From: the human T2T-CHM13v2.0 reference genome, Homo sapiens
Direction: 5' to 3' (one strand)
Assembly: GCF_009914755.1 (NCBI RefSeq)
Contig: NC_060931.1
DNA length: 64,000 nucleotides
Under the pieces are notes generated by a model that did not search any database, was not told the DNA's origin, and worked only from the letters and a program-made list of their open reading frames with translations. This document shows, in pieces, positions 14,683 to 27,790 of the stretch. Numbering within the stretch: the stretch's first letter is position 1; each line of letters begins with the position of its first letter. Position numbers and translations under genes: made by a program.

Positions 14683-17015
14683 ATATATTTATATATTTAT
14701 ATAATATATAATAATATATAATATACAATTAACATATTTATATAACATATAATATACATTTATATAACATATATATTTATATAACATATAATATATATTT
14801 ATAATATATAATCATATATAATATATTATTTATATATTTATATCATATAATATGTAATATATTAATTATATATTTAAATATTTATATAATATATTACATA
14901 TTATATATTATATAATATAATATGTAATGTATTATTTATATATTTATATAATATAATAAATATTATTTATATATTTATATAATATAATAAATATTATTTA
15001 TATATTTATATAATATAATAAATATTATTTATATATTTATATATAATATATATTATTTATATATTTTATAATATAATATGTAATATATTATATATTTTTA
15101 TAATATAATATGTAATATATTATATATTTATATAATATAATATGTAATATATTATATATTTATATAATATAATATGTAATATATTATATATTTATATAAT
15201 ATAATATGTAATATATTATATATTTATGTAATATAATATGTAATATATTATATATTTATGTAATATAATATGTAATATATTATATATTTATGTAATATAT
15301 ATTATTTATATATTTATATAATATGACATATAATATATTATTTATATTTATATAATATATATAATATATTATTCATATATTTATATGATATAATATGTAA
15401 TATATTATTCACATATTAATATGATATAATATGTAATATATTATTCATATATTAATATGATATAATATGTAATATATTATTCATATATTAATATGATATA
15501 ATATGTAATATATTATTCATATATTAATATGATATAATATGTAATATATTATTCATATATTAATATGATATAATATGTAATATATTATTCATATATTAAT
15601 ATGATATAATATGTAATATATTATTCATATACTTTTATGAATAATATATTATTCATATATATAAATACTATCTAATATGTTAATATATATTTATATTAAT
15701 AATATATTATATAGTATTTATATATTTATATAATATATTATATATATTTCTATAATATATATAATATATTATTTATATATTTCTATAATATAATATATAA
15801 TATATTATTTATATATTATATATTATATATAAAGATATTATTTATACATAAATAATATATAATATATTATTTATATATAAAATAATATAATATATTATTC
15901 ATATATAATACAATATAATATAATATATATTATTTATATATAATACAATATAATATATTATTTATATATAATACAATATAATATATTATTTATATATAAT
16001 ATAAGATATTATTTATATATTATATAAGATATTATTTATATATTATATAATATAAGATATTATTTATATATTATATAATATAAGATATTATTTATATATT
16101 ATGTAATATAAGATATTATTTATATATTATGTAATAGAATATATTATTTATATATTATGTAATAGAATATATTATTTATATATTATGTAATAGAATATAT
16201 TATTTATATATTATGTAATAGAATATATTATTTATATATTATGTAATAGAATATATGATATATTATTTATATATTATATAATAGAATATATGATATATTT
16301 ATATATTTATATAATATATGATATATTATTTATATATTTATATAATATAATATATGATGTATCATTTATATATTTATATAATATAATATATGATGTATCA
16401 TTTATATATTTATATAATATAATATATGATGTATCATTTATATATTTATATAATATAATATATGATGTATTATTTATATATTTATATAATATAATATATG
16501 ATGTATTATTTATATATTTATATAATATAATATATGATGTATTATTTATATATTTATATAATATAATATATGATGTATTATTTATATATTTATATAATAC
16601 AATATATGATGTATTATTCATATATTTATATAATACAATATATGATGTATTATTCATATATTTATATAATACAATATATGATGTATTATTCATATATTTA
16701 TATAATACAATATATGATGTATTATTCATATATTTATATAATACAATATATGATGTATTATTTATATATTTATATAATATATAATATATTATTTATATAT
16801 TTATATAATATATAATATATTATTTATATATTTATATAATATATAATATATTATTTATATATTATATAATATATATTATATTATTTATATATTATATAAT
16901 ATATATTATATTATTTATATTTACATAATATAATATATAATATATTATTTATATATAAATACATAATTTTTATATAGTATAGATATATATTATAGACAAA
17001 GCTTTATATATATAA
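14683..17015. repeat. Compound AT-rich minisatellite array (periods ~31, 32, 36, 28-29 and 36 bp)
   Basis: Period 32 at 15078-15290, period 36 at 15372-15630, period 28-29 at ~16000-16260, period 36 at ~16320-16770. Confidence 0.95.
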
Positions 17016-17017
17016 AC

Positions 17018-17057
17018 TGTGTGTGCATGAGTGTGCGCGTGTGTGTGTATATATATG
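17018..17057. repeat. Imperfect (TG)n/(TA)n microsatellite
   Basis: tgtgtgtgcatgagtgtgcgcgtgtgtgtgtatatatatg. Confidence 0.85.
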
Positions 17058-17322
17058 TTAAAAAGTACTGAGCCATGACAAGACACCGTGGACACGTAAC
17101 ATATTTAGATACCAAGAACAATGTGACAATACCATTATCTGAACTAGAAATATAGTGATGTGTTTGATGAGTCAGAGTAACCTACTGGGAAATCCTAAAA
17201 CAACCTAGTTGAAAGAGCCGTGGTCTTCTAATAACCTAAAAGAGGCCCCTGAAGAGAGAAAATTATGTGAGTATATGTCCATAAATATTTACATTTCTCA
17301 GCAAATATATGTCTCTCTAGAT

Positions 17323-17549
17323 CAGGATTTCTCAACCTTGTCACTATGAATATATTGGGGAAGATACATTCGCTGTGTACATTTTATTTGTGTGTGTGTT
17401 GGGGAGGTGGTTGTTCTGTACATTGCAAGGATGTTGGAAGCATCTGTGGCCTCTGCTAATAATACCCTTTAGTTATGGCAACTAAAAATGTCTCTAGACA
17501 CTGCCAAGTATCCCACAGGGGCAAAATGGTCTTCATTTAAGAACCACCG
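17323..17549 (-). mobile_element. MER20 (hAT-Charlie MITE)
   Basis: caggatttctcaacc...aaaaatgtctctagacactgccaagt...ggggcaaaat...agaaccaccg. Confidence 0.85.
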
Positions 17550-17667
17550 CTCTTGATAGACATAGGAGGAGGTAGGTTTAGGGGTATATTGTGATATGGA
17601 GATAGTAATTTATATCTAGGTATGGAAAGGAAGAAGATAGTGTTTCTGTGTGTCATTACAGACCCTG

Positions 17668-17865
17668 CGGTACAATGGTTAAGAATAGCAGCATTCGCAT
17701 TGATTGACTGTATTAGGTTGGTAAATTTCAATCCTACCAAATACTAGCTGTGAGATATCTTAAATGAAGGTAATAATAGGATTTCAAAGATTATTATGAC
17801 CACTTAATGATATAATGCACTTAAAGTGCTTGGCATATTGCTTAGTACTGAGTAAGTACTCAGCA
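17668..17865 (+). mobile_element. MIR
   Basis: ggtacaatggttaagaatag...ttcaatcctacc...actagctgtgaga...aaagtgcttggcatattgcttagtac...gtaagtactcag. Confidence 0.7.
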
Positions 17866-18890
17866 ACTGTCAGGTCTTATTATTTTAGGAGATCCTGCTA
17901 ACAGTTTTTTTTTTCTTGGTGCCTCTGTCTTTCTCTGTATTACATACAGATGCATATACATATCATACAAGCAGTTATATATAGACGGACATGTGTCTAT
18001 GTATGTATAAATGCAGCACAGGTAAAACATACCAATGGCAGGATGACTGTGAGTGCTTGAGTGTGTATGTATTGGCATCAGAGGAAGGGCTGAAAGAGAG
18101 TGTGAGTCATTCCATAATGCAAAGCAGATGTTAGTCTGTTTGATAATTTTTTGGCAGATTAAAAAAAGAGGAGTTAAGTAAACTTTATCTGGCATGTTTG
18201 AAGAATAAGGTAATCAAATGTTATAATTAATAGAGTGTTAGCACATAAAACGAAACATCGTTTATCAATTTTAAAACATCTAAAAATACAACAAAATACA
18301 TTAAACACTAAAACTTACGAAGATGATTAACTCATTTTATTTCAGCAATTATTTCTAAATCTCTTGCTATTTTCTCAGCTGTACTCTAAGTATGGATTTT
18401 TGATGAAATTTTAGGAACTACCATTCTTCCTAATGGTTCTAAATATCTTTTCTCTTCAGAAGTGTAGAAGATGTAGGAGTTTATGCTGAGGACATACTCC
18501 ATATATCATGATCTGAAGGTGTCTTGGAAAGTATTGATATTACTGACATTTACTTACTTCCATTATATGTGCTGCTTTTATATAAATTTAGAATACAGAG
18601 GGTAATAGATGAGTATCCTTCCTTCCATAAATTAAACTTTTATGTCAAAGCTAAGAAACTCTTTTGTAAATTTTAATCATTTTTTTCCATTAATATAGAA
18701 TCTCAGATGATATCTAACTCTTCTCTACCATATCCTTAATTCCTCCTCAGCTTTCAGTAAAGGGGTATTTACTATTTGTCAACAAAGTAACTTGTCATAC
18801 TTATGGACAGCTGAGATGCTGGAAAATTATCTGTTATATTGAACCAAAACCTGCCTCAAATATGCACACAATATATTTATTTGATTACCA

Positions 18891-19065
18891 CAAACATCAG
18901 AAAATAGGTTTAATATTTCCACATAACAATCTTATAATTACTTATTAATGTAGTACCTTAGAATTATAAAAATAAGTTTAATCTTTCCATATAACAATCT
19001 TATAATTATAATTAATCTTATAAATAAATGAGAACTTTATTCTTACATTTCTCCTTCAGCCTAGC
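18891..19065 (+). repeat. ~175-bp local duplicate of 19901-20077
   Basis: caaacatcagaaaa...attataaaaataagtttaatctttccatataa...ctccttcagcctagc is shared by both copies. Confidence 0.93.
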
Positions 19066-19145
19066 CTCCCCAGGAACAAGCAGCCCTGGCCTCTACAATT
19101 AATACCACCTGAAATACTTTCTGGTCATTTTACTTCCTTCTGAGC

Positions 19146-19175
19146 ATGTGTGTGTGTTTGTGTGTGTGTGTGTGT
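19146..19175. repeat. (TG)n microsatellite
   Basis: tgtgtgtgtgtttgtgtgtgtgtgtgtgt. Confidence 0.9.
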
Positions 19176-21461
19176 TTCAATATTCCTCTTCAGATGTGAT
19201 ATATGGAAAATAATTCAGATGTAGTTGTTTCATATCTTTCTCACCAAATACTTCTTTATTATCTTTATCCTTCTCAGCAGACATTCTGTTACTCAGAATG
19301 CTCTGCGTCACCATCCAGGTGTATACATTTCATGTCTTTGTCAGCTTCAACATACTTTTAGATTTGTTTCAATAAAGTGTATGTAGACAATGAATGAACA
19401 TATATTCTCCACCATTTCAAAATTATGTCCTCCTCTCTCATGCTATTCAATCTTTCTCTTCTACTTTATTTTCTTTATTTAAATATCTCTTCATCTCTCA
19501 TGGCATTTTTGTTGGACTCAGTAACAATGGAGCCAACTTTGACTATCCTAATTTCACAATAATAAGCCATTTGCAATATCAAAAAATTAACCCTTAAGAT
19601 TTTTCTTCTGTTTCTTTACTTTTTATGATGATGATCCCAACAAAATAAGACAATAAGGATGGCTTCTTCTCAATTACAACTAATATCCTTTTGAGAATCA
19701 ATAATTCATACCTAGAAGGCAAAAAAGAAAAAAAAAAAAAGCAGTGCTGGTTAATCAATTTTCCTAGAAGGAAGTGATATTGTCCTAAAATTATACAGTA
19801 TAGAAGAAATATTTAAACGGCCTCAGAGAAAAAAATAGCCTATATAAATGTAAACACATTCATAAAACAGGGGTAGATTTATTTAGTCTATTTTCAGATG
19901 CAAACATCAGAAAACAGGTTTAGTATTTCCATATAACAATCTTAAAATTATCTATTAATGTATTATCTTATAATTATAAAAATAAGTTTAATCTTTCCAT
20001 ATAATGATCCTCTCATAATTAATCTTATAATTATATATATTGAGAACTTAATTCTTATGTTCCTCCTTCAGCCTAGCTTTTTTCTCTATTCACAAACATA
20101 TGACTCATACACATACACATACTCTCTGCTTAGCAGATTATCTCACTATAGTAAAGTTGAAAATTAATAATGCTTTCCTTATAGCTATTCTATGCACTAA
20201 GGAAACACGGAGGATAGTTTTTTAAATGTAAGTAAGATAATTTTCTAGAATTAAAAAAATTATCCACATCTTCAGAGAGGTTTGGGTTAAGGGTATGCAT
20301 TTGTTGAAAGCCTTTGAATGACACACCTAAAATTTTAAGTATTTCACTATGCATACATTCTACATTTAAAATTGCAAAGAAATACTGAACTCTGGTTAAC
20401 AAGTTTGTTTTTCTAAGTTGCGTGAATTAGCAATTTTGAAACTATCTTATATATATTCTGCACTTAAGCAAAAAAGTAAATATATTGAGTGTAATAGGAG
20501 TGGGTTTCTCACAGTTGGAGGTGAGAGTTCCATATGTGGAAAGTACAAGACTAGAATGTAGGCCTGTGGTATTGGACTAGGGTTAGAGACATCAATTTGG
20601 ATTCAGAAAGAGAGAGAGACAGAAGGAGAAAAAGAGTCAGAGTACTGCCAAAAAGAAAAGTCAAATGTTGTTATACCAAGAACTTACTATGCCATATTCA
20701 TTATTTGGTAATTAAATCAATGTGCGTAAAGCAGGAAGTAATAATGTCAGAAATTTTAAACTTACAAATATGCAACAATTAGTTATTTATGATGGTATTT
20801 ATATCAATGGTATTTTCTTTGCAACATTTTAGTCCAAAATAAAAAATAAACACTTTTTAAAAGATACTGTAGTTAAGTATTAGGAATTTTTAGAGTTAGA
20901 ATAATTATGTTCATCGGAATACATAGGGATATGTCTATTTATCTGCCAAATAAATATAAAACACACAGTATTTATCAGTTGCAAGAACTCTACACTAGAA
21001 CTGTGAAAAAGTGTTTCATTTTGAAACCTGAAACGAAAAGACAGTTAGCTAATTTGGGGGTGAAAAATACACTTGCTAAATGTCCCTTAAACTGCTGACA
21101 AATTATGAAATATATTTCCATATTTTTTAGCTAGGTCATATTGTATATAATGGTTTCATTTTTCTTCCATGGTGAGTTTTTCGTTCTTGTTTCCATTTCT
21201 GGCTTTAGATGAAACCTCACAATTATGCTGAGAACCCTTGCTTTCATGTTGTTTTTAAAATGAGACTTTCATGATGAAGCCACAAAACAACTCAGCAATA
21301 ATACACATTAAAGAAACATGCTGTTTTGCATTCATATTTAGTAGATTTGGCAAAAGAATCCATAATAATTTGACAAGCCAGAAGCGGCCTAGAAGACAAA
21401 ATCTAAAAATTACATGTAAATTCAAATTACTCATCCATCTTCCTACTCACTGATCTCTCAA

Positions 21462-21729
21462 CTTTTTCTTTTTCTTTCCTTCTTTCCTTCCTTCCTTGTC
21501 TCTTTTTCTTTCTTTTTCATACCTTTTCTTTTCTCTTTTCTTTTATCCTTCTCTTTCTACTTCTTTCTGTCTCTTTCTCCTTCCTTTCTTCTTTCTTTTT
21601 TAATTTCCTTCTTTCTTTTCTTCTCTCTTTTTTCTTTCTCTTCTTCTCTTTTTTTTCTCCTTTCTTTCTCTCCTTCTCTCTCCTTCCCTCACTCCCTCTC
21701 TCCCCCACCCCTTTCTTTCTTTCTCCCTC
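21462..21729. repeat. Polypyrimidine (TC/TTTC) low-complexity tract
   Basis: ~270 nt almost entirely C/T on the + strand. Confidence 0.95.
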
Positions 21730-23894
21730 AGTTTGAAGAAGGAGAAACTAGGATGTTGGTATTTTATAGAAACATATGGTAGAACAAGAGAATAAGTACT
21801 ATAGTCAATTCTACAGTCAGGTGTTTTGTCATCTGAAGTCATAACCAGACCTAAATAACCCTAAGCAGTTAGTCATCATTGCAAAATCAAGAAAACTCCA
21901 TGTAACTGTATATTCACAAATACCCCACTGGCTTAGAATTAGAAAAGTAACACCCTAGGTATTCCCCAGGTGGGAAGGGATACCCCCTTGGAAGTGGGTG
22001 AATTCCCACTGGATCTCCCCATTTGTGCTGGGGATCTTGGCTCACATTCCCTGCTTGGGGAGCCCCATGGGTTTCTTAATTGCTTCCTTCAGGGATGGGA
22101 ACAGAATTGAGAATGCTGCCATGTTGGGGAAACCTAGAAAGCTCTTTATTCCTTAACGAGATATGGGGCAAATTAGAGATCGAGGAATCCCTAGGTCACT
22201 TCCTTTTATGGCTTCTACCTTTTAACTCATAGAAATGACAAGATTTAATCTTTGTTATGTTGAAGAGACCCAGATAATATCACCATGAGATTTTACTGAA
22301 TATCTGATAAGTAATGGTTATTCCTTCCTGTCTTCTGTTCCTTAGATACACCTTCACAAATTGGTACTTTATTAATTCTACCCATTTATAATAAGGAAGC
22401 ATTAATATAATAACAAGTTAGAATATATATATATAGCCAAATTGTTAAATGGCTAAAATTGCAAAAATAATCCCATTTATGTTCCCCAAATAAAGATCCT
22501 CTTGAAAAAATTTCTAGAGCTTCTGGAAGGAGCTAAATGTGGATTATATGTCCTGATAAACTAGTTGGTTAATTTTCTAATATTAATGAGAACTATATGT
22601 AGCCCACTATAGCTCAGTCTCCGCCTTGACTATGAAGAAGTACTTTGTGATTTCATCAGTAAGAACATTTTAAAATATAATAATTATTTTATTTTATTAC
22701 TTGACTGATTCCTTTATTCTAGATTACTGTGTTTGGGGATTTTTTTCCCAATACATCTTTGCTTTAACTGTAAGCCATTTAATTTTTTCAGAAAGTAAGA
22801 AATAGATGTACTTTAAGTAATCAGCATTATGTTACTATCTAAAAAGAGAACACAAGACTGATAGACAATAAGGTTATTATTTTGCAGATGAGAAAACCAG
22901 AGATGTAAATAGGAGAATATCTCACCCAAAGCTTCGTCTCACCCAAAGCCAACACAAACATCAGGAAACAGAGAGGGGCACTCACCTAAACTTTCAAAAC
23001 CCAAACTAGGGTCATTCTTGTCATAAAGTCCTCAGGAGGACTCAGGTTGGTATATTTAGGGCTAAAACACAGATACGGTCTTCTCTTTTTTCTTTTTTTT
23101 CAAAAAAACAGGAACAAATGTTTCTGCTTTGTACTTATTAATATGCATATGTTCAATCTTACTTTTATAAATAAACATCTTTTAAAAATAGCCAGCAATT
23201 TTTTAGCAAAAGACGTTTAAACACATGGTGGAGGAATCTTAGGGAAAATCCAGAGATTTAATCCAATTTATTCCAAGAAAGGGACAGGAAATTAAATTAG
23301 TAAACAAATTCACTATTTATATATTTGAAGTGCTGTTGGTTTTGTCCACAGTTTGCTCATTGGTGATACAGGCATGTTTTCTAGATGTTTATGCTAAAAT
23401 TGTCTACCTGGTCTCATTATAGTGTATTTGTTTTGAGAGCAGAAAATTTTTCTTTTCCAGATTTTAGAAAATCCCCATCGTATTTTGTATGTCTCACTAT
23501 GTACAATTTTCTAAAGCATAATAAATTATACAGAGTATATAATTGAAAGATGAATAATTCTCACAGCACCTTAATTGACCCAATTATTCATTATAGACAA
23601 AATTGGAGGAAAATAAAAGAGCAAGAAAGGGTATGACATCATTTGCGGATTATGTAACAGCTAGGCTTGATTTTATTGTTGGCTCTAGTTAAATATTTTT
23701 TTTAAATAAAACAGTGCCTACTTCTCCAACATTAACTATACAAAAAACTTGACTTCAGTATTTATCAAGGTATAGGCCTATATAACATTGCTTGCTTCCT
23801 TGAATAAGTAATATTTGGTGTCTTTGTCACTTTGGGCCCTTAGCAAGTGATGCTGTAACTGGCAGTGAATAATTTAAGTCACTGCTCTTGAGAA

Positions 23895-24390
23895 GCCTCT
23901 TTTGTTTGCAAGGAGCAAAACCCTACTCAAACTAACTAGAAAAGCTAAAAGAGAGGTTTATTGGAGAATATTAAAATACCCAGGAATCCTAAGACACAAA
24001 ATGAAGCATAGTTGGCTTTTTGTGACCTGGGACTAGAAGTAGAGAAACCGAGGTCTTTCAAGAACTGCCTTTATAGTTTCTTGTTATTTTCTATTTTACT
24101 CTACGAATATGTTCAATATGTAATTTTTTATCACCTTCCTTTATGGCAACAAGCCCACTCTATATTACCTAACCTATCAGTTCTAACTCTAAATTCTGAA
24201 TTATCCGTGTTCCTCAAAACCTTAAGTCCAAATTTCTGAGAAAGAAATGTGATTGTTCTTTTCTTTAATGTCTGCTCAGAGTCTGTCACAATTGACTGTC
24301 ATAGACAACTAGTCAACCTGTGGATTCATTTAGCTGTGACTATAGTAGGGTAGGGTCATGTGATCAACTAGAGCAGCAGGTGGGGAGATA
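23895..24390. mobile_element. Old MaLR LTR (MLT1J/K/L-like)
   Basis: ttgtttgcaaggagcaaaaccctactcaaactaact...ggtttattgg...agggtcatgtgat resembles old MLT1 LTRs. Confidence 0.5.
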
Positions 24391-25321
24391 ATAGTTAACA
24401 CCTCTCATGAAACTGGTTAAATATAAACCTCAGACTGGTAATAGATAAGAATCTGTTTCTTCCTGTGTAAAAAACAATGTTTACTTAATATTTGCTTTTC
24501 CTAGCCTTAAGTTGTATCTCTAGGAATAAATGGGTTAATACAATGGAAAACACATGAGCGATCATAAAGTTTTGGAATACAATCAATAACAATACATCTA
24601 CTGTCAACCAAACTGTTGATAAAAAGACAAATTACACATAGGTGAGAATCATAGTCTCTCACGATGTTGGGGGACTTCATATAGATGATTTTCCAGTGTA
24701 ACTTAGATGAAATCAAATATCTGACATAATTATTAAGTATTTGTCTTCCTTCCCTGGTCACTCAAGTCATGGTGCCTCTTCTAGAACAAGTGAAGAGCTG
24801 AATCTCTCACCCTGATAGACAAAGTCTGAGGGATATACACTGATTTTTACATTTTGTTCAAATGTATCTCTTATTGCAGATTGAATTTGGCTTGGAATTT
24901 GGGTGCTTGCTTTGACTTTTCATTGTTTCCTTATTTGTATTTTATTTTTCTTTAGCTGCTGCTGGTTCTGGTGGTTTGTTTATTTTGTACATTCTATTTT
25001 CTAGAAATCTATCACTGGTGAGCGCTTAAAAACAACACAGACCAGAGAAGAAAGAAAGGAGTAAAGAGTTCAAGCCCGGATAACAATGGGACTAGTCCAA
25101 AAGTTTGCAAAAACAAAAGGAGATCTGTTGAAAAATAAGTTATAGATGCTTGAAGTCTACATTTATTTCTTCTTATTACTCATTTTGGAATGGATGCTAC
25201 ATTCTTTGTAGGTTCAAAATATCCTCAGAATCCCAAGTATGTGATAAGACCTAGAAAGGGCATAATTAAGCCTTTGTCATTAAGACAGATCTTTTATTCA
25301 CCAATTTTAACAGTGTATTAC

Positions 25322-25634
<313 letters not shown>

Positions 25635-25776
25635 AACATATTTATGTTTTCAGCAGTTTATATTTATATACGACCATCATTCTCCAAATTTAATTATAAT
25701 TGCCCATGGAAAATATTTGTTGTAACCAATCACGACACAGACTATAGAACTAGCTAGGGTTTTGAAAAGCAAATTT

Positions 25777-26237
25777 CAGCACTCTTCACAATAGCAAAGA
25801 CATGGAATCAATCTAAATGCCCATCAATAGTAGACTGAGTAAAGAAAATGTGGTACATATACACCATAGAATACTACGCAACCATAAAAAACAATGAGAT
25901 CATGTCCTTTGCAGCAGCGTGGATGGAGCTGGAGGCCATTATCCTAAGTGAACTAACACAGAAACAGAATATAAAATGCCACATGTTCTCACTTATAAGT
26001 GGAAGCCAAACACTGAATACATGTGGATACAAAGAAGAGAACAACAGACACCAGGGCCTGCTTAAGGGTGGAGGGAGGGAGGAGGGTAAAGATAAAAAAA
26101 TCTACCTATTAAATACTATGCTTATTACCTGGGTGGTGAAAGAACGTGTACACCAAACCCCAGTGACACACAACTTACGTATACAACAAGCCTGTATATG
26201 TACCCTAGAACCTGAAATAAAAGTTAAAAAAAAAAAA
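25777..26237 (+). mobile_element. L1PA15/16-like 3' end
   Basis: ORF2 C-terminal peptide MWYIYTIEYYATIKNNEIMSFAAAWMELEAIILSEL, 3' UTR and poly-A. Confidence 0.93.
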
Positions 26238-26524
26238 CAGAACTAGTGTATCTATGGCAATGATACATAGATGTTTTATGTGTTTCTAGAACCATTGGTA
26301 AAATTAATTTTTTAAAAATTTGAACCTAAAACATTTTTATTTTAGCATCTTCAAAAATTCAGATATAAATTTCTTTCAACACAGAGCTGTTTATGCATAT
26401 ATTTTTAATTCAATTCTATTTAATGAATGCATTCTCTATTAAACAATAAGTCTCTTACTATGAAATGGAAAATGTGCCAATTGCACGGTATATTTGAGTA
26501 AATATAATAGGTGTATCATCTACA

Positions 26525-26690
26525 GCTTTGCTATTCAGTTGTGTGGCCTGGACACGAGCAATATTGGCCCAGCTTGGAAGCTTATTAAAATTTCGAATTT
26601 CAAGTCTCTTTCCTAACTACCAAATAAGAAACTTCATTTTAACATGATTCCCCTGTGATTCCTGTGCACATTAAAGCTTCTGAGACATGA
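26525..26690. mobile_element. MER5A MITE
   Basis: tgtgtggcctggacac...cattttaacatgattcccctgtgattcctgtgcacattaaag. Confidence 0.7.
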
Positions 26691-27339
26691 ACATGAAATA
26701 ATAGCTTGGGTAGCAAGGATATAGTACACAAATGCTTTCTTAGCAGAAAAACAAAACCGTGCTTAAAATCTAGCTAATTACATTGGAGCAATTTAATTTC
26801 TGACCAAAAAGGAATAAGGCTCATGTTATTCAGAACTGTTTAAGAATTGTTTTGCAGGACACTGATCAAAATGTTTTCTATATGATATCTCACAGGATTT
26901 AATTCACCCCAAAATACAATCTTACATATTTTCAAGAAAGTTGAGTCTTGTCTTAATTATGTAAATTTAAATTCAGACATAAGTTGTGTGTCTTGGTAAG
27001 TCCCACTGACTAGAAAACTAGTGAATTTCCTCTTCGGTAATATTTAAACCCACTAATTTACCTAACGGTTTTATTTTGTTTCAATTGTTTTCTCTATAAA
27101 TGCAGTATAGCAATATTGAAAAATAAAACTGAGTAAATAAAAATAAATAAATAAAATAAAATAAAATAAAAAATTAGTTTGCTGCAAAACTAAATCAACC
27201 AAACTGGAAATCCAGCCTTTTTTTCCCATCCCTGTGGAAATGTTAAACACATTGTCCCCAAGTGAAATACTTAGTAACAGTAAAATTCTCTTGTGATACA
27301 TGATGCAATATAATTATAGGATTTTTAAAAGAAAGTAGA

Positions 27340-27790
27340 TTATTTTTAGGATAATTTTTGAGCACCTGTCTTGAATAAGGCATTGGCTATTTAACAATAA
27401 TGGTTTTAAAACTCTTTGTGGGTACTTGCTTCCAAAAGGCAGACATTCTTTCAGGAAGATAGGTATGTAGACCTGGAAAGGTAACTAAGCTTCAGAGTTA
27501 ACATAAGCATGATAAATGCCAAATAAGTAAGAAATAATGAGTGTTTTACCAGTTCAGTTGAGAAAATAATAATTAATTGGGGGAAAAGTGGCTATAAGAG
27601 CTGATTTCTTAAAGGACATTAAATTTAACTTGGGCTTTAAAGGATGGAAAATAATTGGCAAAACAATATAGGATTTCAGCCAAGGGTAACAGCTCAGAAA
27701 GATGGAGAGATAAAGTTCCACAGGTTGAAATCGGAGAATTGTCTCAGGAACAGTGAGAGATCTGCTTGGGGCTGTTTTGCATGCGATGGA
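27340..27790 (-). mobile_element. L2 fragments
   Basis: tttttgagcacctgtc...ggacattaaatttaacttgggctttaaaggatgga...caagggtaacagc. Confidence 0.5.

Noticed and set aside
16290-16815. 164-, 140- and 81-aa ORFs with 12-aa repeats
   Set aside because: Direct consequence of a 36-bp AT-rich tandem unit; open on both strands, no coding signal
13945-17015. CRISPR-like reading of the 28-36 bp periodic repeats
   Set aside because: Units are head-to-tail without unique spacers, and the DNA is primate with no cas genes
21517-21842. K/E/R-rich ORFs
   Set aside because: Translation of the polypurine low-complexity tract
21970-22009. Head-to-head RBPJ sites as a Notch paired site (SPS)
   Set aside because: Spacer is 26 bp; cooperative SPS needs about 15-17 bp
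22919-22950. 13-bp direct repeat tctcacccaaagc (similar short duplications near 4805 and 51020-51100)
   Set aside because: Ordinary micro-duplications with no sign of function
25848-26246. 132-aa ORF
   Set aside because: L1 ORF2 tail reading into the 3' UTR and poly-A
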